Below are positions 10,860 to 24,962 of a stretch of 64,000 nucleotides of DNA, piece by piece. A model generated the notes under the pieces. That model did not search any database. It was not told the DNA's origin and saw only the letters and a list, made by a program, of their open reading frames with translations. The stretch spans positions 350,486,001-350,550,000 of the forward strand of contig OZ024740.1 of assembly GCA_964016885.1 (NCBI GenBank), read 5' to 3'. The DNA comes from Eledone cirrhosa. Its lineage: Eukaryota. Position 1 is the stretch's first letter. Each line of letters opens with the position of its first letter. Made by a program: the position numbers and the translations under genes.

Positions 10860-13440
10860 AGCGTGCTTCATTACAAACATCTAAAAATAAAGACCCTTGG
10901 TGAAAAAGGAGAATACAAAGGGGCTTGAATTTGTTGAGACGAGATTTAGATATTCTGGAAAGAAAGAATAAGGGTCATATAATTAAATCTGGAAAGAAGC
11001 AGGAAATAGAAAGTAAATACAACACTAAAATGAAAGGAGTAGATAGAGTTTGGGAACAAATCTTACAAAGATTTATTGCCAAGGCTGGCAATGTCAGAAG
11101 ATATGAGCAACGTATAAAGCAACATAAATTAAACAGAACATTTAATGTCGACCAGAAAAAGTTGTATCATGAATTAAATGGTGAGATAAAATATGATAAA
11201 CTCAACTGCCACGCAGGTGATAACAAAAGATTTTGGAATAGTATTTGGTGCGTGGAGGAAGAACATAATTGAAGAAAATCGGAAAAACAAGGCAGACAAA
11301 ACCGGAAAACATCAAGATCCAAAGAGAGGTAATTGCAAGAGTGATGTAGGAAAATGTTCACATGGAAGGCCCCAGGGCTTGAAGGAATTCAAAGTTTCTG
11401 CTCTGCACAGTATAATTTCGAGTGAAACGAATTACATACTTGAGGGTGAACAGGTAATTCCCAATTGGATGACTAGAGGAAAAACAGTTTGTGCTTCAAA
11501 GACCCAGCGAAGGGTAATGCTGTGGAAAACATTCGCCCTATATCTTACCTTTCAATACTTTGGAAGTTGATAACAAATCTTGTGGCAGAGGGTATGTATG
11601 ATTTTCCTGATAGAAGGAATATTACGAGATGAACAGAATGGGTATACAAAGGAGAGCAGATGAACAAGGGATCAACTCCTAATTGACAAAATGATATCGA
11701 AAGATTGTAAAAGGAGACAGACCAACTTAGCAATAGCTTTGGTTGACTATAAAAAAGCGCACGACATGGTAATTCACACTTGCATTATACAATGCTTGAA
11801 TCTATTTGGAGTCGCAAATAACATAGTGGATTTTATCAGTCGTAGTATGGGGAGCTGCAAAACAGGACTTACATCATCTGGTAAAGTTCTTGGAAAAGAG
11901 ACCAAGAAAGGATTATTCCTAGGTGACCATTGTTCTTTGTTATGTATGGCCCAATTGTATTTTCTGCTGAAAAAAAACAGCTTTCAGTTATCAACTGGAG
12001 GAAAAGAGCATAAAGATCAATAATCTACTCTTTATGGATTACCTTAAGATCCTTAGAAAAATACCAAGATCAGATTGACTCATTAGTCAAATGTTCAGTA
12101 ATAATATAGAATAGAATTTGGAATCAACCAGCATGGAATGTTGATACTGAGGAAACATAAGACAATATCAACTGATGGGATCATATTGGTGGTTGGTCAA
12201 GTCATGAAAGATGTTGAGAATGAAAGATACGATTATCTAGAATATTGGAAGCTGATAAAATCAAAGAAGGTGATGGAGAAGATTTTTGAGACGAAGCAGT
12301 TAAGGCGATTGAAACTAGTATTAAAGTCAGCATTGAATTGAGGAAATAAAATTCTGGCTGTAAACACATAGGTTGTGCCTGTATCGGGATGGAGTGTTGA
12401 ACTGGACACAAAACGAAATGTGGGCTTTAGTCATAAAAACAAGAAGACTTTTACTATGTGTGGTACATTACACCCGAGAAATGACATTGATAGACTGTAT
12501 CTAACAAGGAATATGGGAGGACGTGGTTTAATTGTGTGCGAAGACTGTATACGAAGTGAAGAAAACAGTTTAGGGTGATATGTTTAAAATACTGTAGAAC
12601 CATTATTGATTAATATAAACGACCCCTGGTAATAAAGTATGAAAACGGTATTAAAGAGGAGTACAAAAAGAGGACAAATGGAGAGAAGCTTGATAAGAGG
12701 GGAGAAGAGAATGCATGGTTAAATATCTGGAGAATAGGTGATCGTGTTGATAAGATTAACATATGGGAGTGGATAAGATAAAGTGACTTAAAGGTTGGGA
12801 TGGAGTCTTTGATCTGCGCTGCACTGAATCAATCCTTGAAAACAAATTATGTCAAGTAGTACCATATTGATAAGACTAGTGATTCCCGTTTTTGTATGAG
12901 TTGTAGAGCTAAAGGAGAGACTATATGCTGCATAGTAAGCGAATGCTCCAAACTTGCTCAAAGAGAATGTATGACAACATACCACTCATCGTTCACTGGA
13001 AGCTTTATGAGACGTTTAATATCGAGAGAGCTAAGAAATGGTATGGATATACCCCAAAGAGTGTCATTGATTACAAGGGGGTTACATGAGGTTAAAGTAT
13101 CGTGAGATTTTATGATATAACGTGACAATATGATTGAAGCAAACAAACCGGACATAATAATTGTCAACAAGAAAATCAAATATAGCATTATAATAGAAAT
13201 TATTTTTCATGGTGACAACAGAGTGAGTGAAAAAGAGGGGGGAAGATAAACAAGTATGGAGATTTCAAATGAGAAGTTGTCATATTATGGCAAACGAAAA
13301 AGATAGAAATAGTGTTGTAGTAGTTGGAGCACTCCGAATGGTGTGAAGGAGATTAGGGGTTTAGCTTCGGAAGCTCGGAGTAGAAATAAAATGATACACA
13401 CTACAAATGACCAGAAATTGAGAAGACGAATTGAAACATT
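10860..13440 (+). mobile_element. Degenerate R4/Dong-like RLE non-LTR retrotransposon
   Basis: Fragments: RRYEQRIKQHKLNRTFNVDQKKLY, LVDYKKAHDMV, LHPRNDIDRLYLTRNMGGRGL, C-x2-C...IVSECSKLAQ, NKPDII. Many stops and frameshifts. Confidence 0.88.
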
Positions 13441-13535
13441 GTTGTTTTGGTTCGCTCTTTCTTTCTCTTTCTCTCTTATACATACATTCGTACATCTACA
13501 CTCACACATACACATGCATACATACATACATACAT

Positions 13536-14049
13536 GGTGTCTGCAAACTCTGTTAAGAGCATTACTATCGCTTGTCAGATTATAGATAATTGTGCACCTT
13601 TAGGCTACAGCCAGGCACACGAACTTGTAACAGATCCTGAATAAGCAATGCCTGTGATTTGAAGGTTTTATAAGTGGGGAGAGGCCTTGCACTCGACCAA
13701 CCCAACTCTCTGAGCATCGAAAACACTACCGGAAAAGGAGAACTTGTTAACACCATCGGATGCTTCCGAAGACGCAGGTTTTTTTTTCCTTCTCCTAGAA
13801 AGGTGTTGTGACAACAACTGGGGACCTTTCACTCCCAGGTTAAACAAAGAAAAGTACTATTTGGATGGCCGTTGACTCTGCTGAGTTCCTCCGCCTTTCG
13901 CCTGGTCTTGTATTTCATCCCGCAGGGTGTCCAAATATTACCTTCCTCACCAAGCAAGCTTGGTGGGGTTGCCAGTTTAGTCAACGATCCGACCATGAGA
14001 CAGGTTGTACTGGGTTACATGTTACCGGTAGCACTCGAGAGCGACCTGA
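13536..14049. mobile_element. Unclassified GC-richer insertion between (ACAT)n tracts, possibly a LINE 5' UTR on the minus strand
   Basis: Sharp compositional boundaries and (ACAT)n on both sides; no credible ORF. Confidence 0.45.
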
Positions 14050-14145
14050 CATACATACATTTATTCATACATACATACATACATACATACATACATACAT
14101 ACATACATACATACATACATACATACATACATACATACATACATA
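14050..14145. repeat. (ACAT)n microsatellite
   Basis: Direct read. Confidence 0.97.
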
Positions 14146-17100
14146 CACAGTCAACGCATACATGCATACACAGTCAACGCGATCAGTCGCATATTTTGGC
14201 GTGGGATACTATTTATTAAATTTAAGATGAATACTATCTCCGACAGTAATGCCACAACTACAGTCATGTTGAATAACTGGTTATTCTTTTAACTATATCT
14301 TCTGAAGACACCTTTTATTCGAATTCGTAGAGATATCCGACTAAATACATAATTAATTTTACAAGGATTTGCTACAAACAGCATAGCTGAACACAACATC
14401 AACAACAAAATTAAGGAAGTACCGAAGACAACCAACAAGAAAGGTAAACAAACTTTATTCAGTTGTAGCTACAGAAGAAACCGAAATTATAAATTCTCTT
14501 GGATTTGCGAACTTAATAATGATTTATTTAATTGTTATAAAATGGCAAAAAACAATACCTCCATTGGCTATATGAACAGAATGAAGCTACACTGGGAGGA
14601 AATGCACCCAGAGCTAAATTATTTCACAGCGAAACAATTACGCCGACAAGCGACATTTGTTAAACGTAAAAATAAGATAAATAGTATTAATTGTAAGTCC
14701 CCCACAACAGACATGTTATCAACAACACGTGCTACAGGTCGCCATGCTACTAGACTTCCTAGCAACCAGGTAGAACAGCGTCTTGAAACAACTATGCCTG
14801 TAAGAAACTTGACACCACCTGTACCATCTAAGTCTACCTCGAATGCTGGGGAAAACACTATCGATGATAATAATAATCGAAGAAATAATAATAATAATCG
14901 AAGAAATTTGACACCACGTGTACCATCCGAGTCTACCTCGACTGTTTGGGAAAATACTATCGATAATGATAATAATCAAAAGTATAAACAATTGAAAATT
15001 TCCCCCAACGAAATCTTCCAGAGAGAAATTAATTCATGTATAAATTTCTCTCTTGCTGAACGTATTAAAACGACAATGTTTAATAAAAAACCAAATAATG
15101 AAATATTACGTGTTATTGACGAAATAGGGGATGAATATTTACGACGGATAAAAACCCCAACATTTTGGCAAATCAACGCCTGTTTATATGCCCTAGCAAC
15201 GACAGTGAAGCATTATCTTGGTGATAGCAGAGATATTAACAATAACAAAACACCACCAAAAATACCATCATATATAACTAAAATAGAAAAAAAGACTGCT
15301 GACCTACGAAAAACCATAGGATATGTGACAATGCTCCTTACATGCAAACAAACACAAAAAAACCTCACTCCTCAACAACAAAGAGTGAAAAATAAAATAG
15401 AGACGATGTTTGGTAACAGTAGAACCAGACCTCTTCAATATAAGCTGATCACCCTCAAACAAGAATTGAGAGCTGTTAGCGAAAAACGCCGATATCTGAA
15501 GAAGGTAGATGAAAGAAAAGTGCTTAACAAAAGATTCAGACGAAACCAAACATCAGTCTATAGAGATATGAAGAACAAAATAATAAGTGTCACTGAGGCC
15601 CCATCCCAGAAAGACATAGATTCCTTTTGGAGAAAAATATGGGGTGAAAAGAAGAATATCAACCAAGATGCAGTGTGGCTAAAAGAAATCAGAAAGAACT
15701 ATTGCTCCTACACTACAACAAAAACATACGAAATAAGTGAAGGTACCCTTGAGACTGTGATAGGAAAACTCCAAGATAAGAAAACACCAGGAAGAGACAT
15801 TTTTGTCGGCTACTGGTACAAACCGCTGATATTCTATCGGAGGTATCTTACTGACCTCTACCAACAAGTTCTTAAGGGAGATACACTTATACCAGAATGG
15901 TTGACATTAGCAAAAACATTACTGGTCCCCAAGAACAAAGACACCCACTTCGCAAAAACCTACCGACCCATTGCATGTATAAGATGTATACAGCCTTCCT
16001 GAACCTATTCCTCCAAGATCACTGTGAAAATAATAACATCATCACAGATGAACAAGCAGCTGGAAAGAAAGGGTTTTGGGGATGTGCTGAACAACTCCTA
16101 ATCAACAAAACTGCGATGTCGGAGGTGCGACAACTTAGGAGGAATATGGCTACAGTCTGGCTGGACTACAGGAAAGCTTTCGATTCTGTTCCCCAATCTT
16201 GGATGATAGAGGCCCTCCAGCTTGCTAAAGTCTTGTCATTAAACCCCTTGTCCTTTCTACTGAAGAAATGTGAGGGGTACATCATTGGCTCACAGGAGGA
16301 CAGAAATACGAACCTAACCCATAATTTCTTTGTGGACGATCTGAAACTCTATGCCAAGAATATGGATGGGATGAAGAAAAATCTTGACCTGGTTACAACG
16401 TTCTCAAAGGATATAGTAATGGAGTTTGGCCAAGATAAATGCTCATACATGACTGTAAAGCGGGGGAAAACAACAACCCAATCTAGCAACATTGTCATCA
16501 ATGGCCTAACTGTTTCACCGATATCTGATGAGGACAGCTACAGATACCTGGGGATAGATGAGAACATATCCTATAATGGTATCCGTAATAAAGAACGTGT
16601 AACCAGGGAATACTACACCCGATTAAGAAAGATCTGGTCATCGGAACTCTCTACGCAAAACAAAACAGTGGCTCACAATGTGCCTGTCCTAACACCAACG
16701 TTTGGAATACTCAATTGGACGATAGACGAAATCCGAGCAGTTGATGTTGGAACTCGAAAAATACTAACACAGGAAACTTCCACATCAACAGTGTCATAGA
16801 CCGCCTTTACTTGAAACGTAAGCAGGGAGGCAGAGGCCTAACATCAGTCCAGACAACATTTGAATGTCGCATCATATCTCTCCGACAACATCTACGAACC
16901 TCGAAGCGTAGGAGCCCGTTTCTCGAGCAAGTTTATCTGCATGAAACAGATAAGATCATGAGAGTTGGGAAGGAACTCCTCGAGAGATATTCCCTGTGTG
17001 ATAATCAAAAACTCACACCCAGGGAAGTCGCTCAGCAGTATCGCAGTGAATCCATGGATGAAAAAATGCATGCTTATCAGCAAAAAATCATGCATGGATA

Positions 17101-18110
17101 TGTTGCCAGGGAGCTCCAGAGTGAGAGTAATATAGATAAGGAAAGTAGTCTATCTTGGACCAACAACCGCTATATTGGCTCCCACTTTGAAGGATACGCT
17201 TTTGCAATCCAAGAACAGGAGATTAATACGAAATACCTGATTCACAAAAGAGATAGGGATGCAGGCAAAACACCTAGATGTGATAACAAGTGCAGACTCT
17301 GCAGAACTAACATCGAGGATATCACCCATGTCATCAGCAGCTGTCCAAAGATGTCATCGCGGTACTATCTACCCATGAGGCATGATGTAGTGGCCAAAAC
17401 ACTGTACGATGCAGTTCGTAAAAAAGATAGCCCCGATAATAAACACATTAAAAGCTACAGCAATGTGGAAGACATCCATGTACATAATATGAAAGAGTAC
17501 TGGTGGAATGTTCCAGTAAAAACACCAATAAGATGCAGGCATAACAGACCAGATATTATGATATGGGACAGGGAGAAGAAAGCATGCACAGTAGTGGAAA
17601 TTAGCTGCCCAGCAGATGCCAATATAATATCAAAGATTAGCGAAAAGGAGAATATTTATGCAGAACTAATGAGAAATCTGCAGATACTCCACCCTGATTA
17701 CACCTTCAGATTTATGCCTGTGATTATTGGGTCACTGGGATCTGTTAGTAACTGCCTCAATACAAATCTTGAGAAGCTAGGCTTCACAGGAACAGAAAGA
17801 ACACAAGTAGTTAGGAAATTACAAGTGCAATCCATTAATGGAACAGTAAAAATATGCAAAACATTCCAAAAATGTTGCATCTAATAACTGCATATACACA
17901 TGTGCAGATACAAAGCATATACACATGCACACATACAACTCAAAACATCCACTTCCACACATACAATAACATCCATATCTACACATGCAGACATGCATAC
18001 ATAATCTGCCTAGTTGATGTTGTGTAAATTCCAATGAGAGAGTCTTGTGTCTATGTTAGAAACCGACTCTCTCTATTGGTAAAAATTTGTGAAATTATAA
18101 AACCAGAAGA
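14146..18110 (+). mobile_element. Near-full-length R4/Dong-like RLE LINE flanked by (ACAT)n
   Basis: One original ORF now split into 14542-16002, ~15985-16799 and 16811-17884; the 3' end ...aaaccagaaga runs into acatacatacatac. Confidence 0.9.
14542..17884 (+). pseudogene. RT + CCHC + restriction-like endonuclease polyprotein (two frameshifts, RT deletion)
   Basis: YRPIAC, EQLLIN, WLDYRKAFDSVP, FVDDLKLY, YRYLG, GGRGL, CRLC...HVISSC, RHD, RPDIMIWD...VEISCP...KENIY. Confidence 0.93.
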
Positions 18111-19429
18111 ACATACATACATACTTATGAACAGTTACTGTTTTTGAATGAATATCTTCCTTGTAAAAGAATTAAATGCAAACACTTTCAACTATTCTTT
18201 CATACGCAAAATCACAGGGGTGGCTATTTTCTGATGAGGAGACAATAACTACTGAAATGCAGCATAATGATAATCTCTTGTGTTTTTCTATGTTAAGAGG
18301 AATCGTTAAACGTTATTACACGTCACACATTCTTTTCATAGCGAAAGCTTCTATTACAAAAACTGTAGTTATATCTATATTAAACTTACCCTATTTCTTC
18401 ACATATACCCCTTGTTCTATCATAAATAATACACACACACACGTACACACACCCATATTAGTATTAGTGTGTGCGTTAAAACAATAGGACTCATTATCAT
18501 TCTTTTGTTTACATTATTTCCAACTATATTTCTTCCAGATGTAACAATAAATTGTAGATTCATTTACACTCTTATTTCGGGATTTTACAATTCAAGAGCA
18601 TGTGAAAATGACATTAAGATATATTACTGTCCATTACCAGACCTTAAACATAAGTGTATTTATAACAGCCTGTTTCTAATTAAAAAAAAAAAATGCATGT
18701 TTTTATGAACATTAATAACATGTCGAAAATACTTCACTTTATGTCTTGAAATGTGAAATTTACCATGAGGATAGGATGAAATGTTTTTAATGTAATATCA
18801 TGCACAGTGTGACAGTTTTAAAAAATGCATGACGACAGGCTTGAATTGTGAATGAATGTTTTTGAACTTTTTCTTTGTATTTACGAGACGGTTTTACTAT
18901 TCTTATTACTATTGTTTTACTACTGTTATAGCTGTTATAATTGCAGTTTATAATGTTACAGTTATTGCTGTTGTTACTATTGATAGTCAGGAATATAGAA
19001 CAGAATATATCATATCGTGGAAGCCATTTTGAAAGGTGTCCACGAATGCAACGAGTATAAGAAAATACATGAACTGATAGAAAGTCTTCAAGTTAACTGC
19101 CTGCAAAAAGTAATAGGCAAACATTTACAGCCGAAATTACTTAATATTACTCTATCTGATTTGCAATCTTAGACAAAGTGATCACAATAGTATTACACGC
19201 TTCAAAAGGTTTTAAAGAAAAGTCACAGCGTCAGAGGAAGTTAAAAATACTTATTAATAAACCGTATTTCTACAAAATATGTATGAGTATATTACATCAT
19301 ATTATACCTTTATGTTATATTAAACCGAACTATATAGTTTTTACCTTCGTTTATTTGCAACTCGTAAGTAACAAGCATTAGAATCAAACATAGACGTTGT
19401 TCATGTGTGGCGAGCTTTAAGCCGGGATT

Positions 19430-20340
19430 GCTATTTTAAAACTATATTTGACATTTAGAGAAGTATACTGAACACAACATGGAAATATTTAGCAACTTCA
19501 TTGATTACAAGAAGGCCTTCGACAGGGTATAGCATAACGCCATGTGGAGAGTGCTGACGACATCGCTCTAGTAACTAGAAGTGAAAAAGATCTGCACAAG
19601 TTAATATGAAGACTGGAAAGAAAATCAAAGAAATGTAGTATGGAAATAAGTGTTAAGAAAGGCCATGTACTTGGGGGGGGGGGGGGGGGGGTGAAAGCCA
19701 ACAGTTAGAAGAGCCAATCAAGTTTGATGAAACAACTAGAGGAAGTGAAACAATCTAAGTGCTTAGATTGTGCCATCTCAGAGAAAGGCAAGTCAACAAA
19801 CGAAGCGAAGACAGGAACTGTGATTGCGATGACATCATCAAACAGACTAGACAACATCTGGAAGAACCGTAAGTTGAGCATCAAATCCAAACTGGGGGTG
19901 ATAAAATTAATAGTGATATACATACTACTATACGGATGTGAAAGCTGCACATACAATGAGGAAGTGAACCGGAGTATCAATGCATTTGAGATGAAATACT
20001 ATCGAAAATTGCTCGAAGTGAAATGGGGGAAAAAGTACCAACGAATGGTTTCGGAAACGTGGAGAACAGAACTGGTGTAGCCGAGATCTCGGCTAAAGAA
20101 AGCACAAGATCAAAAGCTGAAGTATTTTTGAGAGGTAGTGAGACACCACAAGTATCTGAGACAGGTGAATACTGAACGTGGGCGTGTGACAGACAGCAGG
20201 AGAAAAAGTTAGGAAAGAAGGTGCTGTCTGAGCGACATCTGCGCATGGATCGACAGGAGTCCCTGTGAGGCGATCAAAATGGCGGAGAAAAGAATGGTTT
20301 GGGGGAAATTGCAGAAGGTATTCACGGATCTTTGGTGTCT
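19430..20340 (+). mobile_element. Degenerate RTE-clade LINE 3' part with a (GAT)n tail
   Basis: FIDYKKAFDRV, ADDIALV, ILLYGCESCT, INAFEMKYYRKLL; followed by the (GAT/GGT)n tract at 20341-20494. Confidence 0.8.
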
Positions 20341-20889
20341 ATGATGATGATGATGATGATGAAGTTGGTGATGGTGATGATGATGATGGTGGTGGTGATG
20401 ATGGTGATGGTGATGATGGTGATGGTGGTGGTGATGGTGATGATGATAATAATGATGATGATGATGGTGGTGATGATGATAATGATGATGATGAAGATCT
20501 GACATTGAAAATTGATAGAATTTATCACAGGTGTACAATAGACTGCTCTACGTCAAAGGTTACTTGAAAATACGGATGTCAAGTTATATGATGTAATAAA
20601 TCAAGCACTAGCATTGAATCCACCTCAGAGGAATGTTAATCGCTATTATTCACTAACAAAATTATATACAGCTAATGTAGTATCACAGCCTTTACTACAC
20701 GGACAATGTATTATTAATGACTCTCTCCATCGGGTTGACATTCAAACAGATTATAACTGCTTTATTGTGATTGTCAAATTAATAAACGACAAGGTTGCCC
20801 TATTCAAAGTAAACCAATTTAATAACAACAACAACAGCAGTAGCAGCTCAACAACAGCAACAACAACATCAACAATAATAATAATAATA

Positions 20890-21520
20890 ATAATTGTTTC
20901 TACTTTAGGCACAAGGCCAGCAAATTAACCAGTGCATTACTGGTACTTTATTTTATCGACCCCGTAAGGATGAAAGGCAAAGTCAACCTCGGCGGGATTT
21001 GAACTCAGATCGTAAAGGGACGTAACTATGCTGGAAAGCATGGCGTCCGACCCTCTACTGATACTGCCATCCACAATGATTTCTGATATAGCACGAGGCC
21101 AACAATTTGGGGGGAAGGGGAAAATCGATTAAATCGACCCCAGACCGTGACTGGTACTTTATTTTATCGACCCCGTAAGGATGAAAGGCAAAGTTAACCT
21201 CGGCAATATTTGAATTCAGAACGTAAAGGGCCTTAACTCTATGCTGTGAAGCAGGGTGTCCGACGCTTTACCGATACTGCCAATCCACCGCCCTTTAAAT
21301 AATAATTTCTATATAGGCACAAGGCCAGCAATTTTGTGGGAGTGGGAAAGTCGATTAAATCAACCCCAGTGCATTACTGGTGCTTTATTTTATCAAACCC
21401 ATACAATGATGAATGGCAAAGCTAACCTTAGTGAGATTAAAACTCGGAAGGTAAAGGGCCATAACTCTATGCCGAAAAGCATGTTGTCTGACGATCTACC
21501 GATTCTGCCAATCCACTGTT
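20890..21520 (-). mobile_element. Three tandem tRNA-SINE copies
   Basis: Copies at ~20890-21073, 21076-21293 and 21301-21520, next to a (TAA)n tract. Confidence 0.9.
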
Positions 21521-21524
21521 CCAT

Positions 21525-24010
21525 TAAAGGAAGAAGTCCAGGAATATTAGAATAGAATTTGGGCAGAAGAAAAGAAACTACAGTCAAAATACTCCTTGGG
21601 ATGATTGATTATCAACTCACCCCACTTAGAAGAAAAAAAGTGGGAGGTATCAAGCTACAGGATGTAAGATCTACTCTCAGAAACTCAAGCAAATGCAAAT
21701 CTCCAGGAACGGATAAAATTCCTAACTTTTGGTTGAATTCTTTTTCAGATACTGTGATTAGACTTAACAATATTATTATGCAGGAATCAGTTAAGATGCC
21801 CTCTTAGCTAGTTAATCGTGCTACATTCCTACTTCTGAAAAACGAAGAAACAATTGAACCTAAAACCTAAAGACCACAGCAATTCTGTATAATATATTAA
21901 CATCTGCTTTGACCAAATATACGTAGAACATATTAACAGAAAATGGTATCTTCCTCAGTGAGCAACAAGACTGGAATCGCGAGTCCTATGGTTATAAAGA
22001 TCAGCTTCTCACTAATAAGCGCAAGAACTTATCAACAGTTTGGATAGAGTATAAAAAAAGGTTTTGACTGTCTACCCGATAGTTGGATTGAGAAATGCTT
22101 GGAAATTGATAAAATATCTATTTTAAGAAACCTTATGTTTCTTATTATGAAATCATGGAAGACTAACTGGTTTTGAATAATGAAAAGAAATATCTGAATG
22201 AAGGTGATGTTGAAATCTCATGTGATATGTTACAACTCATCTTTTGTTCAGCTTTGATATTCTATCCAGATTACTCAGTGAAACACAATGTGGCTATAAA
22301 GTGTATGAGGATACTATAGGTCATGTTTTTTACATGGAGGATTTAACGCTCTTGCTATTTAAGACAGAACTAAATGCACAGAGTAAGGTAACAGGCACCA
22401 ATACTTTAGAGATCCGTGCAATATGCTACAGTTTTAGCTTTCTGAACTGGATTCTTAAAGAGCTAGCAGGACTAGACAAAAAAAGAAAAATAATGACGCA
22501 GCATTTAAAATACACTACCCATAATCAAATGTACATATATTATACCTACCAAGAAGACAGGCTGGAAGAACTTTATGCAAACTAGAAATCTATTATAAAA
22601 TACAGTATTACTACACAAATATCCAAGGAAGAATAGTGGAGAGTTAATACAAATAGCCATGAAATATGAACAAAAAAAAAGAAGCTGAATTGTTTCTACT
22701 ATTGGCACAAGGCCAGCAATTATCTCAGTGCATTACTGGTACTTTATTTTATCGACCCGTAAGGATGAAAGGCAAAGTTAACCTCGGCGGGATTTGAATT
22801 CAGACCATAAAGGGGCGTAACTCTATGCTGGAAAGCATGGCGTCCGACCCTCTACCGATACTGCCAATCCATCGCCCTTAATTTATGAGGATAATGACAA
22901 CACGGAAGAAACAGCCACAGAAACTGCGAAAAAGATAAAATGGAAATTGAAAAGAAATCTTCAGAATGCTAAATCGATAGCAAGACAATTCCCTGCATAC
23001 CCAATACCTTAAAAAGATGAATTGGGAAGAAATTGATAAGCAAGATTCAGAAAACTGTTTAAGAAGCACTTGTGTAAAGGATTTTTAATTGGAGCATAAT
23101 ATCCTTGCTTCTTCACAAGAATATGAAGTAAAGGGGAAGAAACAATTCACCACATTATCTCTGGATACCTAGTCATAAACAAACATGATAGGGTTGGAAT
23201 TTACGTACATGATAGGGTTGGGATTTACGTACTCTGGAGGTTGTGCCAACACTACGAAATAACAACAGAAAAAATGTGGTACACACATACACCAGAGAAG
23301 TTTTCAGAGAATGACAAAACAACCATAACCTGAGATAGACCAATACACAAGGAGATCAAAATCAATCGGTCCAATACTGCTGTCAAAGACAACGGAAAAG
23401 TTGTTTTCTAACTGATACATCTATCAGGGAAATATATCCATCCCGGAATTGGATCAAGGCCTTTCTTAAACATCACTGCCAGTCCGCCTCCCATTCCAGG
23501 TCGACGAAAAGATGCATAGATCACAAAGTTGTCACAAATAGGGGATAGAGCGCGTATGTCGGAAACCCTGGTCTCACTGTAACGTTTATCGCTACTGACA
23601 TGAGATCAGTGAGCAAGTCATCTTACTTCCAGGACGACTCCATGCCACGTATATTTATAAACCGTACTCTTTGGATTGCAATGTTGGCTTGTTAGAGTTA
23701 AAAGGAAAAAATTGTCTGGCTACTTACACTCCGGGTGCAGTTGTAGATCAAGTAGTTCGATCTTCATATTTGTTTTGAGTACCTTTGTAACGATCTCAAA
23801 GATTTTTGATGGATTGATAGGAAACATAAAATTGAATCTTACAGTAGAAATGTTAGAGAAATTCTGTTTGTTTGGAATGACTAGGATAATACGAAAAGTA
23901 TTAGAGAGAAACTGGGAAAAGAGAAACGACAACATGATACCTAAGATCACTGGATGTAGTCTTTTGTCTTGACTAAACCACGAATTAAGATCAATCCTGA
24001 GGAAAACATG
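21525..24010 (+). mobile_element. Highly degenerate R4/Dong-like LINE with nested insertions
   Basis: KSPGTDKIPNFWL, HVFYMEDL, KHDRVG, C-terminal LEKFCLFGMTRIIRKVLE; interrupted by a SINE (22688-22877) and an unrelated segment at ~23430-23810. Confidence 0.8.
22688..22877 (-). mobile_element. tRNA-derived SINE
   Basis: Full family match. Confidence 0.92.
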
Positions 24011-24404
24011 ATAATAGTAATATATCTTTAGGTGTTACTTCAAAATTTGCAGCTGTTTCACATTCTATTCGAAAGTGAATTGTAGCAATTATAATAAATA
24101 ACAATTATGGTGATAATTTAATTGATTCAGGAAGTACAAACATTTCATTCGTACTTCTGCTGCCATTTATAAGAAATCGTCTATTAAACGTACTCTTATA
24201 ATTAATATGGATTCTTTGACATATAAGTAGATAATTAAAGGGTGGACTCTTAACGACAATATTTATAGTAATGAAACTGAAATAAATATAATGCTTCGTT
24301 GACTACTCTCGTAATTTGCAACCCAACTAAGATCAGTATACTTTAAAAGTGCTTGATAAATATTGGAAGATGTAACCAGTCCCGGTAAAATAGATTCTCA
24401 GGCT

Positions 24405-24502
24405 ATTTAGTCGGTAAGAGAGTCAGAAACCACGAGTTGCGGCCCGAGTTAAGACAATTGTTAAGACAATTTGAAATCTTTTCCAACATTGAATGTTAAA
24501 AA
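24405..24502 (+). repeat. ~95 bp interspersed repeat, second copy at 26445-26541
   Basis: tttagtcggtaagag.gtcaga.accac.ag.tgcg.cccgagttaagacaattgttaagacaatttgaaatcttttcca at both sites. Confidence 0.85.
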
Positions 24503-24739
24503 ACAAATTAAAATCATCTAGTCATCATCTTATTATAATTCTGTTTGTGTTTTGTCCATTCGTAACATACTTTACGCTTTAGTTACATACACACACATCT
24601 ACTGAGTTCCATGGCTTGAGAATTTCAGCAGAGTCAAATATTTTCGAAATTAATAATTTTTGCAGAAAGTCATAACCTGGGTTAAAGATAGTAGTCACTA
24701 CCTGGGTTCTAAAACACTATTTATTATTTAGCGATAAAG

Positions 24740-24962
24740 AGGGCAGTGTATTGGCAGTATGGGTACAGGGTCGGACGCCATGCCTTGCAGCATAGAGTTA
24801 CGGCCCTTTATGATCTGAGTTCAAATTCCACCGAGGTTAACTTTGCCTTTCATCCTTACGGGGGTCGATAAAATCAAGTACCTGTCACGCACTGGGGTCG
24901 ATTTAATCGACTTTCCTCTCCCCCAAAATTGCTGGCCTTGTGCCTATATAAGAAACCATTAT
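24740..24962 (+). mobile_element. tRNA-derived SINE, full length, sense orientation
   Basis: A box tggcagtatgg, B box gagttcaaattcc, core, 3' ggccttgtgcc...attatt. Confidence 0.92.

Noticed and set aside
13860-14049. HDV-like ribozyme in a putative LINE 5' UTR
   Set aside because: I could not assign the nested P1/P1.1/P2/P3 pairings; it needs a descriptor search.
16525-16560. CTGATGA as a hammerhead (also at 52965)
   Set aside because: No downstream stem II/GAAA/UH arrangement; 16525 lies within LINE coding sequence.
18225-18272. CTGATGA...GAAA-tgcagca-TA hammerhead candidate
   Set aside because: Stems I and II pair poorly and there is no adjacent (TA)n; not separable from chance by eye.
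24740-24840. tRNA gene
   Set aside because: The A/B boxes belong to the SINE head, which continues into the SINE core; no cloverleaf is evident.
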